Positions 62,330 through 64,000 of a stretch of DNA of 64,000 nucleotides are shown piece by piece; within the stretch, counting starts at the first letter, position 1; every line of letters starts with the position of its first letter. This DNA comes from Haliotis cracherodii (lineage: Eukaryota): contig NW_027266308.1 in NCBI RefSeq assembly GCF_022045235.1, positions 49,786,001 to 49,850,000 on the forward strand, read 5' to 3'. Below the pieces are notes generated by a model. That model made no database searches. It worked only from the letters and a program-made list of their open reading frames with translations, and was not told where the DNA came from. Both the position numbers and the translations under genes were made by a program.

Positions 62330-63721
62330 CTACAAAACAAACAGCAGTTTCAACACACGCCCTTGTTCCGACTCCCCTGGTCCCGACTCCCCCCTCGTGC
62401 TGGCTGATAAGCCATATTAGGATACGATAAGCAGATATGAAGTCAGGGGTTCATATGCCACCAGTAAGGACGCCATTGTTTAGCCAGTTTGACTTTTCAA
62501 ATTTCAAACGTTTCAGGGGTTACAAGAGGTCAAGACGAAGAGAAATGCAATCTGGCAAGTTTGTATCATGATACATTGAGGACTCAATAAACTTAGGTGC
62601 ATTTTTTTGTCAATTAGATTCCATGGATATCTCCATAAATGACTGTGAAACTTATAATAAATATAATTTTTTGCAGTAATCTATTCCAATCTGTATTCCC
62701 ATGCTTCAATCAGTTTGTACCATGTTACCATGTTACCATGGTTACAGGCAGTCACACATACAGGATCTACAATTCTCACACTTTTCATCGTAACACATTA
62801 ATAAACACAATTTACAATCCTACCTTGATTTTCCAAACTTTACTTCATATCAAACTTATTTTTCTCTCTTCTTTATCATGCTTATAGTAACCGTTTATAA
62901 ATAATCATATACTGCAGAAACAGTAGACACTCCAAGTGCCGTGAACTAGATCATTTGAGTAAATACCTTATGCTTTTAAGAAGTAAAGAAAACCTCTGGG
63001 GAGAATATAGCCCACTGATCCTCCTACTGAAAAGTGGATGACAGGTTGGAGACCTCTCTCTCTAAAATCTAAGTGTGGGTTTAACACTGCTCTGAATATG
63101 CTAAACTGTTCTAAATTATATCATGGCATATCAGTTCAATGTGGGTAGAAAGCCTGGTGGAGAGTGAATCAGTTCATGGACGTCTACCAATTGGTTGAAA
63201 CACATACCATATTTGCCATATTAATTGCCCTGCCCCAACTAGCGATCCCGACCAACTCCTAGACTTTAAGTATTCTTGAAAAGTGCCCGGTACAAAGCCT
63301 GAATTTTTTTAGCAACAATCCATATTTTCGTGCCCAGTGATAACACTGAAAATATGAACGACAATCTCTTTTTCCTTGTGCACATTACAGATCTTTTTAC
63401 AATAAGCACAGCAGTGTGCAAAGGGTATACAATGTACTGCCAAGTACATGAAGTATTATCATAATATTGTTAATTTCATGGAAGTTGGAACTATGTCTGT
63501 CCTCTTCCACTCTATCTCTGACAACAATTTTAACTTGCGTATGGTTTTAATAGGCATCCCCTTTAGTCAAAATTCTAAGCTGCCGCAGTTTTTATTACAG
63601 TGAAACAATAGGCACATCTTGGGTGTTGACAGATCAAGGATCGTAATCAGGGTGACTCTGGACTTGGAGACACATGACCAGCACGCTGTGATGCCTTTAG
63701 CCACTGGGACCCCAATGCTCT

Positions 63722-63994
63722 TGAGTGAGTGAGTGAGTTGGGTTTAACGCCGCTTTTAACAGTATTATAGTTACATCGCGCCATGTCAGTTTAATGTGAG
63801 AGGAAAGCCCGAAGTGATGCAGGTCTCAGACGTTTACCACTTCGGTGAATCCCACGAGCACAGGGATGGTGCTGACAAACCTAGAAACGTACAACGATTC
63901 GAACCCACAATCATAGGTTTCTGGCATGCCTAAGGGACGCAACTCTGCACAGCGAATCGCGACGCCTTAGACAACTGGACCACCCGTGCCCCCT
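63722..63994 (-). mobile_element. SINE family B
   Basis: Near full length, from head to (TCAC)n tail. Confidence 0.85.
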
Positions 63995-64000
63995 CCCATG

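Overview
This is AT-rich, intron- and repeat-rich metazoan genomic DNA, most likely from a lophotrochozoan or mollusc. That assignment is an inference from the miR-12/miR-216a/miR-216b complement and from (TCAC)n-tailed tRNA SINEs. One gene on the - strand spans the whole window: the golgin GMAP-210/TRIP11 (Gmap) orthologue. I traced 27 phase-compatible GT-AG coding exons from 62329 down to the stop at 2919, about 2,200 aa. They include a 3,239-bp coiled-coil exon and the C-terminal GRAB and GA1 motifs. The ATG/ALPS exon lies beyond the window. The main hidden feature is a sense-strand microRNA cluster in the 3.2-kb intron 5438-8648. In transcript order it holds an extra mir-216a-seed paralog, mir-216b, mir-216a and mir-12, mirroring the Drosophila mir-283/mir-304/mir-12 cluster inside Gmap. 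A second region (about 20300-21460) shows competing long-range RNA pairings with G-U pairs on the transcribed strand, a candidate A-to-I Arg/Gly recoding site, an RBFOX-motif cluster and a possible 24-nt poison exon. The rest consists of several SINE families sharing a 3' tail, Tc1/pogo-, hAT- and Harbinger-like MITEs, and minisatellites that generate spurious ORFs. All coordinates were read by eye and may be off by a few bases for repeats.
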